Shown in pieces: positions 8,325 through 17,502 of a stretch of DNA of 23,829 nt. Location of the stretch: the IMG/VR virus record IMGVR_UViG_2751185958_000017. One strand, given 5' to 3'. Position 1 is the stretch's first letter. Each line of letters starts with the position of its first letter. Below the pieces are notes generated by a model. It was given only the letters and a program-made list of their open reading frames with translations, did not search any database and was not told the origin of the DNA. A program made the translations under genes and the position numbers. The DNA is from a virus (lineage: Duplodnaviria; Heunggongvirae; Uroviricota; Caudoviricetes).

Positions 8325-8737
8325 GGTTCCCGCCCCTCAAAACGCTGACGGCAGGCCGTACGTATCAGCCGGAAGAACACCGACGCCACAAGATAAATCA
8401 GCGCGGTAAAAATCCACCCGGCAGCGACCAGCGCGATAAACGTCGCCACCATCACCACCAGAGCCGCCGCCCGTCTGCGCCACGGCACCGGCTGCAAAAA
8501 CAGCGACGTGACAATCTTCACGGCCAGCGATTCCGGCGGCAGCTCCCGCCCGTAGCGTTCCAGCACATACTCAGTGGCATACACCCCGACACCACCGGTA
8601 ACCACACAGATAACCGTCGCCAGAATCGCCCAGGCGGCGACAAAATTGACGGCCACGCTCTGCGGGTAAATCAGGGACAGTGCCAGCATCAGCGCCAGCG
8701 ACACGTTCAGCATCTGTGAAAGGGATAATTTCTTCAT
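8312..8737 (-). CDS. lysA: LysA, lysis-timing membrane protein (P2 LysA homolog)
   Basis: 141-aa multi-TM protein between K and lysB. Confidence 0.78.
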   Translation of the reverse strand: MKKLSLSQMLNVSLALMLALSLIYPQSVAVNFVAAWAILATVICVVTGGVGVYATEYVLERYGRELPPESLAVKIVTSLFLQPVPWRRRAAALVVMVATFIALVAAGWIFTALIYLVASVFFRLIRTACRQRFEGREPCQS

Positions 8738-8751
8738 GGTGTTTACTCCGT

Positions 8752-9249
8752 TTAAGCCGGTACGCCGCCAGCGGTACGCCAGACGGTGACCAGTTTTTCC
8801 AGTGAATGCTCACGCTGACCGTAACCGGCACCCGGCAGGGACGCCCAGATATTGCGACAGCGTGAAATGGCGCGCTCAATACGTCCCGCCCGGATGTCAT
8901 CCAGCGCACCGCGTTCGCGGATCAACTGAATGGCGAGTCTGTCCTGTGACAACGGACTGAAATCCGGCAGGGCAAGCTGTTTGCGGTAATGCGGCCAGAA
9001 CAGGTAAAGCTGCTGATAGCGACCGGAGGCCGTGGATTTTTCACCGCGACGGTTAAACACCTTCGCCGGTCGGCCATGTGCGAACGGGTGGTCACTGTAG
9101 TCGGTGAAAATTTCCGGCTTTCCGTCCAGTCCGGTGACTATCACGTCATAGCCCCGGTTTTTCGTCAGCGGATGGTTCGCCGTCCCTTCGGACACGGCCA
9201 GCATGTCGAGAAAGGCGGCGATATTCTGATGCGTGTTAATAACCGGCAT
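8752..9249 (-). CDS. K: Endolysin (P2 K homolog, lysozyme)
   Basis: 165-aa ORF, same length as P2 K, directly downstream of the holin. Confidence 0.88.
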   Translation of the reverse strand: MPVINTHQNIAAFLDMLAVSEGTANHPLTKNRGYDVIVTGLDGKPEIFTDYSDHPFAHGRPAKVFNRRGEKSTASGRYQQLYLFWPHYRKQLALPDFSPLSQDRLAIQLIRERGALDDIRAGRIERAISRCRNIWASLPGAGYGQREHSLEKLVTVWRTAGGVPA

Positions 9250-9530
9250 TACGGTTTCCCCCTGCCCTTAAAGCGGCGCTGAATGGCAATCTCAATCACC
9301 TGATAACCGGCGATACCCAGCATGGAGCCGATGCCGCACACCGCAGGCAATGACAGGTCAGGAAACTGCACCAGAACAACACCGGCAACCATCGAGACAA
9401 AACCACCGAGCAACATGCGCCCGATAAACAGACGCGGGGTGATGGGTTCACCACCGGCAAGCACCTTGCCGACAACAATCAGCACCCCAATCATGAAAAG
9501 CGACAGGACGCTTTTTTCTTCTGCTGTCAT
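9249..9530 (-). CDS. Y: Holin (P2 Y homolog)
   Basis: 93-aa ORF, same length as P2 Y, with hydrophobic segments (LSLFMIGVLIVVGKVLAGG...). Confidence 0.85.
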   Translation of the reverse strand: MTAEEKSVLSLFMIGVLIVVGKVLAGGEPITPRLFIGRMLLGGFVSMVAGVVLVQFPDLSLPAVCGIGSMLGIAGYQVIEIAIQRRFKGRGKP

Positions 9531-9533
9531 GCG

Positions 9534-9737
9534 TTACTCCCACAGATTGACAGTTTCAGCCACGGGCGCGGTCTGAACGTCGGGCAGTTCGACGGCGGTG
9601 CCGTGCGGCAGCACCGCGCCCAGTTCAGCCAGTCCCGGATTTGCGGCGAGCACGGTCTCAACCACGCCCTCAGTGCGCCCGTAATACCGGACACAAATGG
9701 CGTCGAGCGTGTCGCCCTGTAGCGCAAAGGTCTTCAT
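9534..9737 (-). CDS. X: Tail protein X (P2 X homolog)
   Basis: Internal start of ORF 9534..9806 at MKTFALQGDTLDAICVRYYGRTEG... (67 aa, the P2 X length); start ATG overlaps the L stop (TGATG). Confidence 0.8.
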   Translation of the reverse strand: MKTFALQGDTLDAICVRYYGRTEGVVETVLAANPGLAELGAVLPHGTAVELPDVQTAPVAETVNLWE

Positions 9738-10246
9738 CAGATTTGACTCACGATGCAGCGCGGCTTGTCCTGGATGCGCGCCACCGCCCAGCGCATATCC
9801 CGCCACAGCTCATCAATGGTGCTGTCAATGCTGTCAGCCTTCTTGTCGCCTTTCGCACTGGCATCCACGCCGCGATAACGCTCATACAGCGACGCGGTCG
9901 CCATCGCACACACGGCGCGCTCGTAGTAAAAAACCCTGATGCTTTCACCGTCGATGTCGTCCGCCGGGACGTCCGCCAGACGCGTAAAACCGGCGGCAAT
10001 TTTCTGTTCGCGGTACTCGTACAGCTCCGCATTTGTTTCCGCCATGCCTGACTTGATGGCCTCACGCAGACGGGCGGGGGCGACAGTCTGCTCAAGGCGC
10101 ATACGTTCCCGGACGCGCTTCGGGTCGATATCGGGAAAAAAGAACGTGTTTTTAATCACCGGCTCGTCGCCTGCCGGTTGCGGGATGACCACCGTACCCT
10201 CACCGGACACGGGAGCCTCCTTTCGCGGAATAATCAGCGTCATCAT
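9737..10246 (-). CDS. L: Capsid completion protein L (P2 L homolog)
   Basis: Start set at the MMTLIIPRKEAPVSGEG... Met pair (169 aa, the P2 L length) rather than the upstream in-frame Met of the track ORF. Confidence 0.82.
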   Translation of the reverse strand: MMTLIIPRKEAPVSGEGTVVIPQPAGDEPVIKNTFFFPDIDPKRVRERMRLEQTVAPARLREAIKSGMAETNAELYEYREQKIAAGFTRLADVPADDIDGESIRVFYYERAVCAMATASLYERYRGVDASAKGDKKADSIDSTIDELWRDMRWAVARIQDKPRCIVSQI

Positions 10247-10345
10247 GACTACCTCTGAAAAGTCGGGCGGTGGACGCCGGTGCAGTGTCAGATGATTCAC
10301 CCTCACTGACCGGCGTGCCGCCCTGGCGCGGGGCGCATTCGGTTG

Positions 10346-11095
10346 TTAACTGGCTTTCTTTTTCGGGCGTCCACGTTTTGCCGGTGTCACGCTCCGGGTC
10401 TTACGCGGGGTACGGGTGGCCGCTTTTGGCTGCGGCTGCGGCTCCGGCTTCGGTTTCAGCTCCCGCTCCAGTCGTTCAATCTCTTTTTTGACGCCTGCCT
10501 GACAGTCGAGCTGTGTCGCACGTTGCAGGTGCGCCAGCGCACCGGCGGCATCACCACCGTCACGCAGAAACAGACCGGTGATTTTGTGCAGCTTTGCGCG
10601 CACTTCATCAGGCATGTCAGCAGCGGCAGTCAGTTCAAGGGTCTCCGTCAGCAGGCGGGTATCCACAGACTCACCGGCAGCGTGGGCACGCATGGCCGCA
10701 AGCGCGACCTCCTCGGTGAACATGTACGGCGGGGTGCGGCGGTGTTTACCCGGCATGGTCAGACCGTACTTCAGGGCATAACGGGCAATCTCCAGCGCAC
10801 CGGCAATATCGCCGGTATCCAGACGCCACAGCATGACCGTCATCAGAATGTCATCCTGTGCACCTTTGCCCTGCTCCAGCACGCCGTTCACCCACGGCAA
10901 CCAGAACGGCAGCAGTTCGCGTTTTTTCGCGGCCTTCAGCTCTTTTGAATAAATCGCTTTCAGTGTGCGCTGGTCTGCGGCGAGCTTAACCAGCATCTGC
11001 TCATAGACAGTTGCATGTCGCAGCGGGGCGGCTTCCCGCTGCGCGGTCATCGCTGCCGAGACCCGCATCATGTGGCGCTGTGCGGGACTCGTCAT
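10346..11095 (-). CDS. M: Terminase small (endonuclease) subunit (P2 M homolog)
   Basis: 249-aa ORF downstream of N; basic, proline-rich C-terminal tail (KPKPEPQPQPKAATRTPRKTRSVTPAKRGRPKKKAS). Confidence 0.85.
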   Translation of the reverse strand: MTSPAQRHMMRVSAAMTAQREAAPLRHATVYEQMLVKLAADQRTLKAIYSKELKAAKKRELLPFWLPWVNGVLEQGKGAQDDILMTVMLWRLDTGDIAGALEIARYALKYGLTMPGKHRRTPPYMFTEEVALAAMRAHAAGESVDTRLLTETLELTAAADMPDEVRAKLHKITGLFLRDGGDAAGALAHLQRATQLDCQAGVKKEIERLERELKPKPEPQPQPKAATRTPRKTRSVTPAKRGRPKKKAS

Positions 11096-11098
11096 CGG

Positions 11099-12172
11099 TT
11101 ACGCTCCCGGCTCTGCGGTCGCTTTAGCCGGTGTGGAGAAGTCACCGACCTTGATTTTTTCCACCAGACAACCGGCGGCGTAGTCTTCCACCACGTAATC
11201 AATGTTCATTGACTCGTAGTTCTCCACGCGGTCGAGTTTCGGGTTTTCCACAATCACGCGGCGATGGCTGTCATCCATGTAGTAGATGGACAGGTTTTCC
11301 AGCTTCGTGATGAGCATCGCATCCGCCGGGAAGTACGGGACGCGCACTGCCGGCAGGTTACCGATGCGTTTCTGGCTGATGATGACGTCAGCGGCCAGCA
11401 TCTCGCTGTTGTCCTGCTCCTTGTTGACGATGGGGAAATACTTGTCCGCCAGTAGCTGACGCCCCACAATCACCACAAGGTCAGGGTCTTCCTGATACCA
11501 CGGCTCAATCAGGTTGTTGGTCGCATCCATCACCAGTGCATCGAGGCTGGCATAATCACCGCCCTTACCCACGCGGATGACCTCAGAGGTCGTGTGACCT
11601 TCCTCGTCAGTAACCTTGCTCATCACGCGCGCCGGGGCTTCATTGCGGTATTTCTGCAGCCAGCCGACCGCCACATCCTGCAGCATCTGGTTACTGCTGC
11701 GGTCAGAGGTTTCGGCACGCCTCACGCCGTTAAAACCGGCCATGATTAAATCAAGGGACTGGCGTTTGATAATGGCGTTACGGACACGGAGCTGGAAATC
11801 CTGATAACGCGCCCACAGGTCCAGCGTTTTGTAGCGGATATAAAAATCGAAGTTAATCTGGTCGCATTCGTACTTGTTTGACGCCAGCTTCGAGAAGTCC
11901 TTCGGCTGACGCTCGGTGCCACCGGCGGTGTCGGTGGTGCTGGCGATGGAGCCGGTGACACCAATACCAATTTTTTCCCCTTTCATTTCGCTGACCGGCA
12001 CAATGTTGATGCGGGTCAGAAAGTCAGAGGACTCCTGCATGGTGTTCATCAGGGTCTGGGTGACCGACGGTTCAACGGTGAATTTTTTCGACACATCACC
12101 GGCGTCGATGCCGTTCAGTTCGGCAACACGGGACAGGTAGGCATTAAATTTAAAGCGGGTTTCCTGGCGCAT
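11099..12172 (-). CDS. N: Major capsid protein (P2 N homolog)
   Basis: 357-aa ORF, same length as P2 N; position O-N-M. Confidence 0.9.
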   Translation of the reverse strand: MRQETRFKFNAYLSRVAELNGIDAGDVSKKFTVEPSVTQTLMNTMQESSDFLTRINIVPVSEMKGEKIGIGVTGSIASTTDTAGGTERQPKDFSKLASNKYECDQINFDFYIRYKTLDLWARYQDFQLRVRNAIIKRQSLDLIMAGFNGVRRAETSDRSSNQMLQDVAVGWLQKYRNEAPARVMSKVTDEEGHTTSEVIRVGKGGDYASLDALVMDATNNLIEPWYQEDPDLVVIVGRQLLADKYFPIVNKEQDNSEMLAADVIISQKRIGNLPAVRVPYFPADAMLITKLENLSIYYMDDSHRRVIVENPKLDRVENYESMNIDYVVEDYAAGCLVEKIKVGDFSTPAKATAEPGA

Positions 12173-12230
12173 AGTTTTTCCTGAAATTAAGGGTTAATCG
12201 TGAAGGTTTTCCCGGACTGACTGACGCCGG

Positions 12231-13085
12231 TCAGCAGTTCGTCATCAGGGCGTCACCGCCACCACCGGTGGCCTTGCTGCGGCGCTGCTGGGTCAGACTT
12301 TCGGTGTTGTCGAGACTGTTTTTCAGGCGGCTGAATGCCTGACTGGTTTCATCCGCCCTGTCAGTCACCTCCTGCTTAAGTGCGGAAAAGGCGGTTTCCA
12401 CCTCAGCGAGGCGCTGCTCAGTGGCGCTCAGTTTTTCCTGCACATGTTCAGCAACAGCGGTCACCGCTTCATGCACGTCATTCAGACGGGCGTCATCGCT
12501 GGCCTGTTTGCGGCCAAAAATGGATTTCACCTTTTCGGTCAGGGCGGTGAACACGGTTTCAGGCAGGTCTTCAAATTCCAGCTCAACGGGCGTTGCCACT
12601 GAAATCAGGTTTTCAGGGCTTAATTTGAAGCGGTTCAGGGGGTTGTGTTTTGCCGTGCGGCAGAATTCCAGGTATTCCGTGCCGAGGCTTGCCGGGTCAT
12701 CGGTGACGGCCAGCCCCACCAGATAACATTTGCCGGTGTTGGCAAAGTTCGGCTGAATTTCCATTGAGGTGTAGACCTTCTGCGCGGCCTTGTTCATCGC
12801 GATAAGGTCATCGGTCGGGGTGATTTTCGCAAACAGCGCCCATTTGCCTTTCAGCGCCGAATCGTCATCAATCTTTTCGGCCTTCAGTTCGACCACATCG
12901 CCATAACGTTTAAAAATACCGTCAGGCAGGATGCCGCGCAGATGTTCCAGGTTAATGCGGCAACCGTAGACACGCGGGTCAAAGGTTTCGGCCATTTCCT
13001 GAATATCCTGCGCACTGATGACACGCCCGTCACAGGTGTCACCCTCAACGCCGATACGAAAGAATTTTGAGACTTTTTTTGCCAT
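12231..13085 (-). CDS. O: Capsid scaffolding protein (P2 O homolog)
   Basis: Start set at MAKKVSKFFRIGVEGDT... (ATG at 13083-13085), giving 284 aa, the P2 O length; divergent from P. Confidence 0.85.
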   Translation of the reverse strand: MAKKVSKFFRIGVEGDTCDGRVISAQDIQEMAETFDPRVYGCRINLEHLRGILPDGIFKRYGDVVELKAEKIDDDSALKGKWALFAKITPTDDLIAMNKAAQKVYTSMEIQPNFANTGKCYLVGLAVTDDPASLGTEYLEFCRTAKHNPLNRFKLSPENLISVATPVELEFEDLPETVFTALTEKVKSIFGRKQASDDARLNDVHEAVTAVAEHVQEKLSATEQRLAEVETAFSALKQEVTDRADETSQAFSRLKNSLDNTESLTQQRRSKATGGGGDALMTNC

Positions 13086-13258
13086 TGTCAGGAGTCCTGA
13101 ATAGTGATTAGAGGAGTCACATGTCGGCATCAGTTTCCCGACGATGCGCATCCTCCGCCATCAGTCCCGGATGGCTTATCACTGACACAACAGCACCTTA
13201 GCGAATCGCGGGGCGCGACTCAGTAGCCTTGCCGTGTATTCATCACGGCGAGGTATTC
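13086..13258. promoter_or_regulatory. Divergent intergenic region between O and P, expected to carry the two Ogr-dependent late promoters
   Basis: Position only: in P2 the O and P operons are driven by divergent late promoters in this gap. I could not identify the activator-binding dyad with confidence. Confidence 0.4.
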
Positions 13259-15031
13259 ATGACCATCACCACAGACACCACTCTTTTACACGACCCGCGT
13301 CGTCAGGCGGCGCTGCTGTACTGGCAGGGATTTTCCGTGCCGCAGATTGCCGCCATGTTGCAGATGAAACGCCCGACGGTGCAGAGCTGGAAGCAGCGCG
13401 ACGGCTGGGACAGCGTTGCCCCCATCAGCCGTGTCGAAATGAGTCTGGAAGCGCGGCTGACCCAGCTCATCATCAAACCGCAGAAAACCGGCGGTGACTT
13501 CAAGGAAATTGACCTGCTCGGACGCCAGATTGAACGACTGGCACGGGTCAACCGTTACAGTCAGACCGGCAACGAGGCAGACCTTAATCCGAACGTCGCT
13601 AACCGCAACAAAGGCGGGCGTCGCAAACCGAAAAAGAATTTTTTCAGTGACGAGGCCATCGAAAAGCTGGAGCAGATTTTCTTTGAGCAGTCTTTCGACT
13701 ATCAGTTGCACTGGTATCGCGCCGGGCTTGAGCACCGCATCCGCGATATCCTGAAATCCCGCCAGATTGGCGCGACGTTTTATTTTTCCCGCGAGGCGCT
13801 GCTGCGCGCCCTGAAAACCGGCCATAACCAGATTTTTCTGTCGGCCAGTAAAACGCAGGCGTATGTGTTCCGTGAATACATCATCGCCTTTGCCCGTCTG
13901 GTTGACGTTGACCTTACCGGTGACCCGATTGTCCTGGGCAATAACGGCGCAAAACTGATTTTTCTCGGCACCAACTCCAACACCGCACAGAGCCATAACG
14001 GCGACCTGTACGTCGATGAGATTTTCTGGATCCCGAATTTTCAGGTACTGCGTAAGGTGGCATCAGGTATGGCCTCACAGAGCCACCTGCGCTCGACCTA
14101 TTTCTCCACCCCGTCCACGCTGGCGCACGACGCCTACCCGTTCTGGTCGGGTGAACTGTTCAACCGGGGACGCGCCAGCGCCGCCGAACGCGTGGAAATC
14201 GACGTCAGTCATAACGCCCTTGCCGGAGGTCTTCTCTGTGCGGACGGCCAGTGGCGGCAGATTGTCACCATTGAGGACGCCCTGAAAGGCGGCTGCACGC
14301 TGTTCGACATTGAGCAGCTCAAACGCGAAAACAGCGCCGACGATTTTAAAAACCTGTTCATGTGTGAATTTGTTGACGACAAGGCATCGGTGTTCCCGTT
14401 CGAGGAGCTGCAACGCTGCATGGTCGACACGCTGGAAGAATGGGAAGACTATGCACCCTTTGCCGCCAATCCGTTCGGCTCCCGCCCGGTATGGATTGGT
14501 TACGACCCGTCACACCGTGGCGACAGTGCCGGATGCGTGGTGCTGGCACCGCCGGTGGTGGCCGGTGGCAAATTCAGAATACTTGAGCGTCACCAGTGGA
14601 AAGGCATGGACTTTGCCACCCAGGCTGAATCCATCCGCAAACTCACCGAAAAATATAACGTCGAATACATCGGTATTGATGCCACCGGCCTCGGTGTCGG
14701 CGTGTTCCAGCTCGTGCGCTCGTTCTATCCTGCCGCGCGCGATATCCGCTACACACCGGAAATGAAAACCGCAATGGTGCTCAAGGCAAAAGACGTTATC
14801 CGCCGTGGCTGTCTGGAATATGACGTCAGCGCCACCGACATCACCAGCTCGTTTATGGCTATCCGCAAGACCATGACCAGCAGCGGACGCATCGCCACCT
14901 ATGAGGCCAGCCGCAGCGAGGAAGCCAGCCACGCCGACCTCGCCTGGGCGACCATGCACGCCCTGTTAAATGAGCCACTCACCGCCGGTATCAGCACCCC
15001 GCTGACATCCACCATTCTGGAGTTTTACTGA
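13259..15031 (+). CDS. P: Terminase large (ATPase) subunit (P2 P homolog)
   Basis: Start at MTITTDTTLLHDPRRQAALLYWQGFSVPQIAAM... with a gaggt Shine-Dalgarno; 590 aa, the P2 P length; stop overlaps the Q start (TGATG). Confidence 0.9.
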   Translation: MTITTDTTLLHDPRRQAALLYWQGFSVPQIAAMLQMKRPTVQSWKQRDGWDSVAPISRVEMSLEARLTQLIIKPQKTGGDFKEIDLLGRQIERLARVNRYSQTGNEADLNPNVANRNKGGRRKPKKNFFSDEAIEKLEQIFFEQSFDYQLHWYRAGLEHRIRDILKSRQIGATFYFSREALLRALKTGHNQIFLSASKTQAYVFREYIIAFARLVDVDLTGDPIVLGNNGAKLIFLGTNSNTAQSHNGDLYVDEIFWIPNFQVLRKVASGMASQSHLRSTYFSTPSTLAHDAYPFWSGELFNRGRASAAERVEIDVSHNALAGGLLCADGQWRQIVTIEDALKGGCTLFDIEQLKRENSADDFKNLFMCEFVDDKASVFPFEELQRCMVDTLEEWEDYAPFAANPFGSRPVWIGYDPSHRGDSAGCVVLAPPVVAGGKFRILERHQWKGMDFATQAESIRKLTEKYNVEYIGIDATGLGVGVFQLVRSFYPAARDIRYTPEMKTAMVLKAKDVIRRGCLEYDVSATDITSSFMAIRKTMTSSGRIATYEASRSEEASHADLAWATMHALLNEPLTAGISTPLTSTILEFY

Positions 15032-16065
15032 TGAGCAAGAAAAAAGGGAAAACACCGCAACCTGCGGCAAAAAAAATGACCGCCAGCGCCCCGAAAATGG
15101 AGGCATTCACCTTTGGTGAGCCGGTGCCGGTACTCGACCGCCGTGACATTCTGGATTACGTCGAGTGCATCAGTAACGGCAGATGGTATGAGCCACCGGT
15201 CAGCTTTACCGGTCTGGCAAAAAGTCTGCGTGCTGCCGTGCATCACAGCTCACCGATTTACGTTAAACGCAATATTCTGGCCTCGACATTTATCCCGCAT
15301 CCGTGGCTTTCCCAGCAGGATTTCAGCCGCTTTGTGCTGGATTTTCTGGTGTTCGGTAATGCGTTTCTGGAAAAGCGATACAGCACCACCGGTAAGGTCA
15401 TCAGACTGGAAACCTCACCGGCAAAATATACCCGCCGTGGTGTGGAGGAGGATGTTTACTGGTGGGTACCGTCCTTCAACGAGCCGACACCTTTCACGCC
15501 CGGCTCCGTATTTCACCTGCTGGAGCCCGATATTAATCAGGAGCTGTACGGCCTGCCGGAATATCTCAGCGCCCTTAACTCTGCCTGGCTGAATGAATCG
15601 GCCACGCTGTTCCGCCGCAAGTATTACGAAAACGGCGCACATGCCGGATACATCATGTACGTCACCGATGCCGTGCAGGATCGCAACGATATCGAAATGC
15701 TCCGCGAAAACATGGTGAAGTCGAAAGGCCGCAACAACTTTAAAAACCTGTTTCTCTATGCCCCACAGGGGAAAGCCGACGGCATTAAAATTATCCCGCT
15801 CAGTGAAGTGGCAACGAAGGACGATTTTTTTAATATCAAAAAAGCCAGCGCCGCTGACCTGCTGGACGCGCACCGCATCCCCTTTCAGTTGATGGGCGGC
15901 AAGCCGGAGAACGTCGGGTCGCTGGGCGATATTGAGAAAGTGGCAAAGGTCTTTGTCCGCAATGAGCTTATCCCGCTACAGGACAGGATCCGCGAGATAA
16001 ACGGCTGGCTCGGCCAGGAAGTCATCCGCTTTAAAAACTACTCACTGGACACTGACAACAGCTGA
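15031..16065 (+). CDS. Q: Portal (capsid vertex) protein (P2 Q homolog)
   Basis: 344-aa ORF, same length as P2 Q, adjacent to cos as in P2. Confidence 0.9.
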   Translation: MSKKKGKTPQPAAKKMTASAPKMEAFTFGEPVPVLDRRDILDYVECISNGRWYEPPVSFTGLAKSLRAAVHHSSPIYVKRNILASTFIPHPWLSQQDFSRFVLDFLVFGNAFLEKRYSTTGKVIRLETSPAKYTRRGVEEDVYWWVPSFNEPTPFTPGSVFHLLEPDINQELYGLPEYLSALNSAWLNESATLFRRKYYENGAHAGYIMYVTDAVQDRNDIEMLRENMVKSKGRNNFKNLFLYAPQGKADGIKIIPLSEVATKDDFFNIKKASAADLLDAHRIPFQLMGGKPENVGSLGDIEKVAKVFVRNELIPLQDRIREINGWLGQEVIRFKNYSLDTDNS

Positions 16066-16070
16066 ACATC

Positions 16071-16092
16071 GCCGCCTGCGGGCGGCTTTTTT
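16071..16092 (+). terminator. Rho-independent terminator after Q
   Basis: GCCGCC-TGCG-GGCGGC hairpin followed by TTTTTT, 6 nt after the Q stop. Confidence 0.75.
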
Positions 16093-16235
16093 ACACCCCG
16101 TCATCACGCCCTCATACGCTCACCACCGCACAAAACACCCCGCAGACACACCAACGGCCCCGGCGAACAATCTAAACGCCATCACGACGCGCTCAGACGC
16201 TGAAAAAATAAAATCAGCACCACCGCCAGCGCGCA

Positions 16236-16254
16236 GTGCTTTCCCCGCCTCGCC
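16236..16254. other. cos site: 19-nt cohesive-end sequence of P2-type phages
   Basis: GTGCTTTCCCCGCCTCGCC is the reverse complement of GGCGAGGCGGGGAAAGCAC, which I recall as the P2 cohesive end; location between Q and the A-proximal region fits the P2 map. Confidence 0.8.
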
Positions 16255-16469
16255 CGCCCGCTTTATGGGTCGGTTTTAATGCAGGTGCACGAATACACCG
16301 GAGGCGCGCCGGCACTGGTGGCGCTCAGACGCAACAGGGGAGGAAAACGCATGCAATTGAATGCATTTCTAGGCACACCTAAAAATGAAAAAATGTTATG
16401 ACAATTAATCATTTTAAACACACTGATTAAGGGTAGAATTCTCCTAGTAAAATCATAGAAAAACCGCTA

Positions 16470-17399
16470 TCAAACCAGGCTTTTGCCTTGCTTCATTTTT
16501 TTAGATGAGTCTAAAAATTTGAAATTATCATTAGATGAAAATATTCTTTCTGCGGTATGCCGAATGACTGAAGTATTGAAGACCGCAGCCTGCTCCTCAT
16601 TACAACTGAATACACCCTCATGACCATCAAACTCGCCCGCCAAAAGAAGGTTTTTTGATACTGGGAACAAAACTAAAGTGTCTTTTACACCAAACCCGGG
16701 GGAATAAGGGCCTCGTGCTAATTCAGGATTAGTCCACATTAAGCAAACTGGGTTATCTGAAGTTATAAATGACCCTTGCCCATCAGATATGGTCATAAGT
16801 GACCAGTTGCGTTGATGCAACAACTTGGTGATAACAGGTACACATTTCATTTCCATATCTATCATGAACTCTCTGATTACATTGATTTCGAAATTATCCC
16901 CATCCACAAAATTTTTAATTTTTTCGTAAGCGAGATCATATGGCAAAGACTCACCCATTTCTTTCTCATAAGCTAATTTGCAATCGTCCCAACGCTCAGC
17001 CGAACTAACTGAGGATTTCATGATAAACTTTGCTATTTGTTTCAATGGAGATGATAAATGTTCTCGCTGAGCAGGCGTACGTATTGCCAATAAGGAAATA
17101 AACTCCAGAATAACATCTTTGGTTTCGCCTGAAAACTCGCCCCCCTCCTCAAGTTTTCTTAAATGAGTAGCGACACTGCCTTCAAACTCTGCAAGAGAAC
17201 TCTCGAGATAGTTTGGGTCAACTCCATCCAATTCTAATCGGTTGAAATCTCTAACCCCCCCGACATTGCGAGTATTACTCTCAAAGGTTTTGCGCTCCTT
17301 TAAATCTATTACAGTTAATTTTGATTTTTTCCCCCCATTACTTGTAAACCCTTTCAAATAACATTGGGATAAAAAATGATGATGCCTTGCAACACTCAT
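16470..17399 (-). CDS. AT-rich cargo gene at the P2 tin/old position: 309-aa DUF4238-like protein; candidate phage-exclusion protein
   Basis: Sole gene between cos and A, where P2 carries orf91/tin/old; start at MSVARHHHFLSQCYLKGF... with a ggag Shine-Dalgarno; the N-terminal HHxxxQxYLKxF motif resembles the conserved N-terminus of DUF4238 proteins as I remember it; GC well below the flanking phage genes. Confidence 0.7.
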   Translation of the reverse strand: MSVARHHHFLSQCYLKGFTSNGGKKSKLTVIDLKERKTFESNTRNVGGVRDFNRLELDGVDPNYLESSLAEFEGSVATHLRKLEEGGEFSGETKDVILEFISLLAIRTPAQREHLSSPLKQIAKFIMKSSVSSAERWDDCKLAYEKEMGESLPYDLAYEKIKNFVDGDNFEINVIREFMIDMEMKCVPVITKLLHQRNWSLMTISDGQGSFITSDNPVCLMWTNPELARGPYSPGFGVKDTLVLFPVSKNLLLAGEFDGHEGVFSCNEEQAAVFNTSVIRHTAERIFSSNDNFKFLDSSKKMKQGKSLV

Positions 17400-17502
17400 A
17401 CTCAGCTCCGTTATGGCTATAATCGCATAAATAATAAGCACTTATATTGCAATCATCTAGTTAAATACACAATATTTATGACTCCGAAATTTCATTAAAT
17501 CA

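Noticed and set aside
10343-10948. 201-aa ORF on the plus strand
   Set aside because: Antisense to the small terminase gene M; no ribosome-binding site and repetitive low-complexity translation (RLRLRLRFQLP).
13286-13996. 236-aa ORF on the minus strand
   Set aside because: Entirely antisense within the terminase large subunit gene P, whose frame has the expected length and N-terminus; a typical shadow ORF in GC-rich phage DNA.
16399-16412. TGACAATTAATCAT, resembling the -35 context of strong synthetic/trp-type promoters
   Set aside because: It is on the strand antisense to the adjacent cargo gene and I found no suitably spaced -10 hexamer; probably chance similarity in AT-rich DNA.
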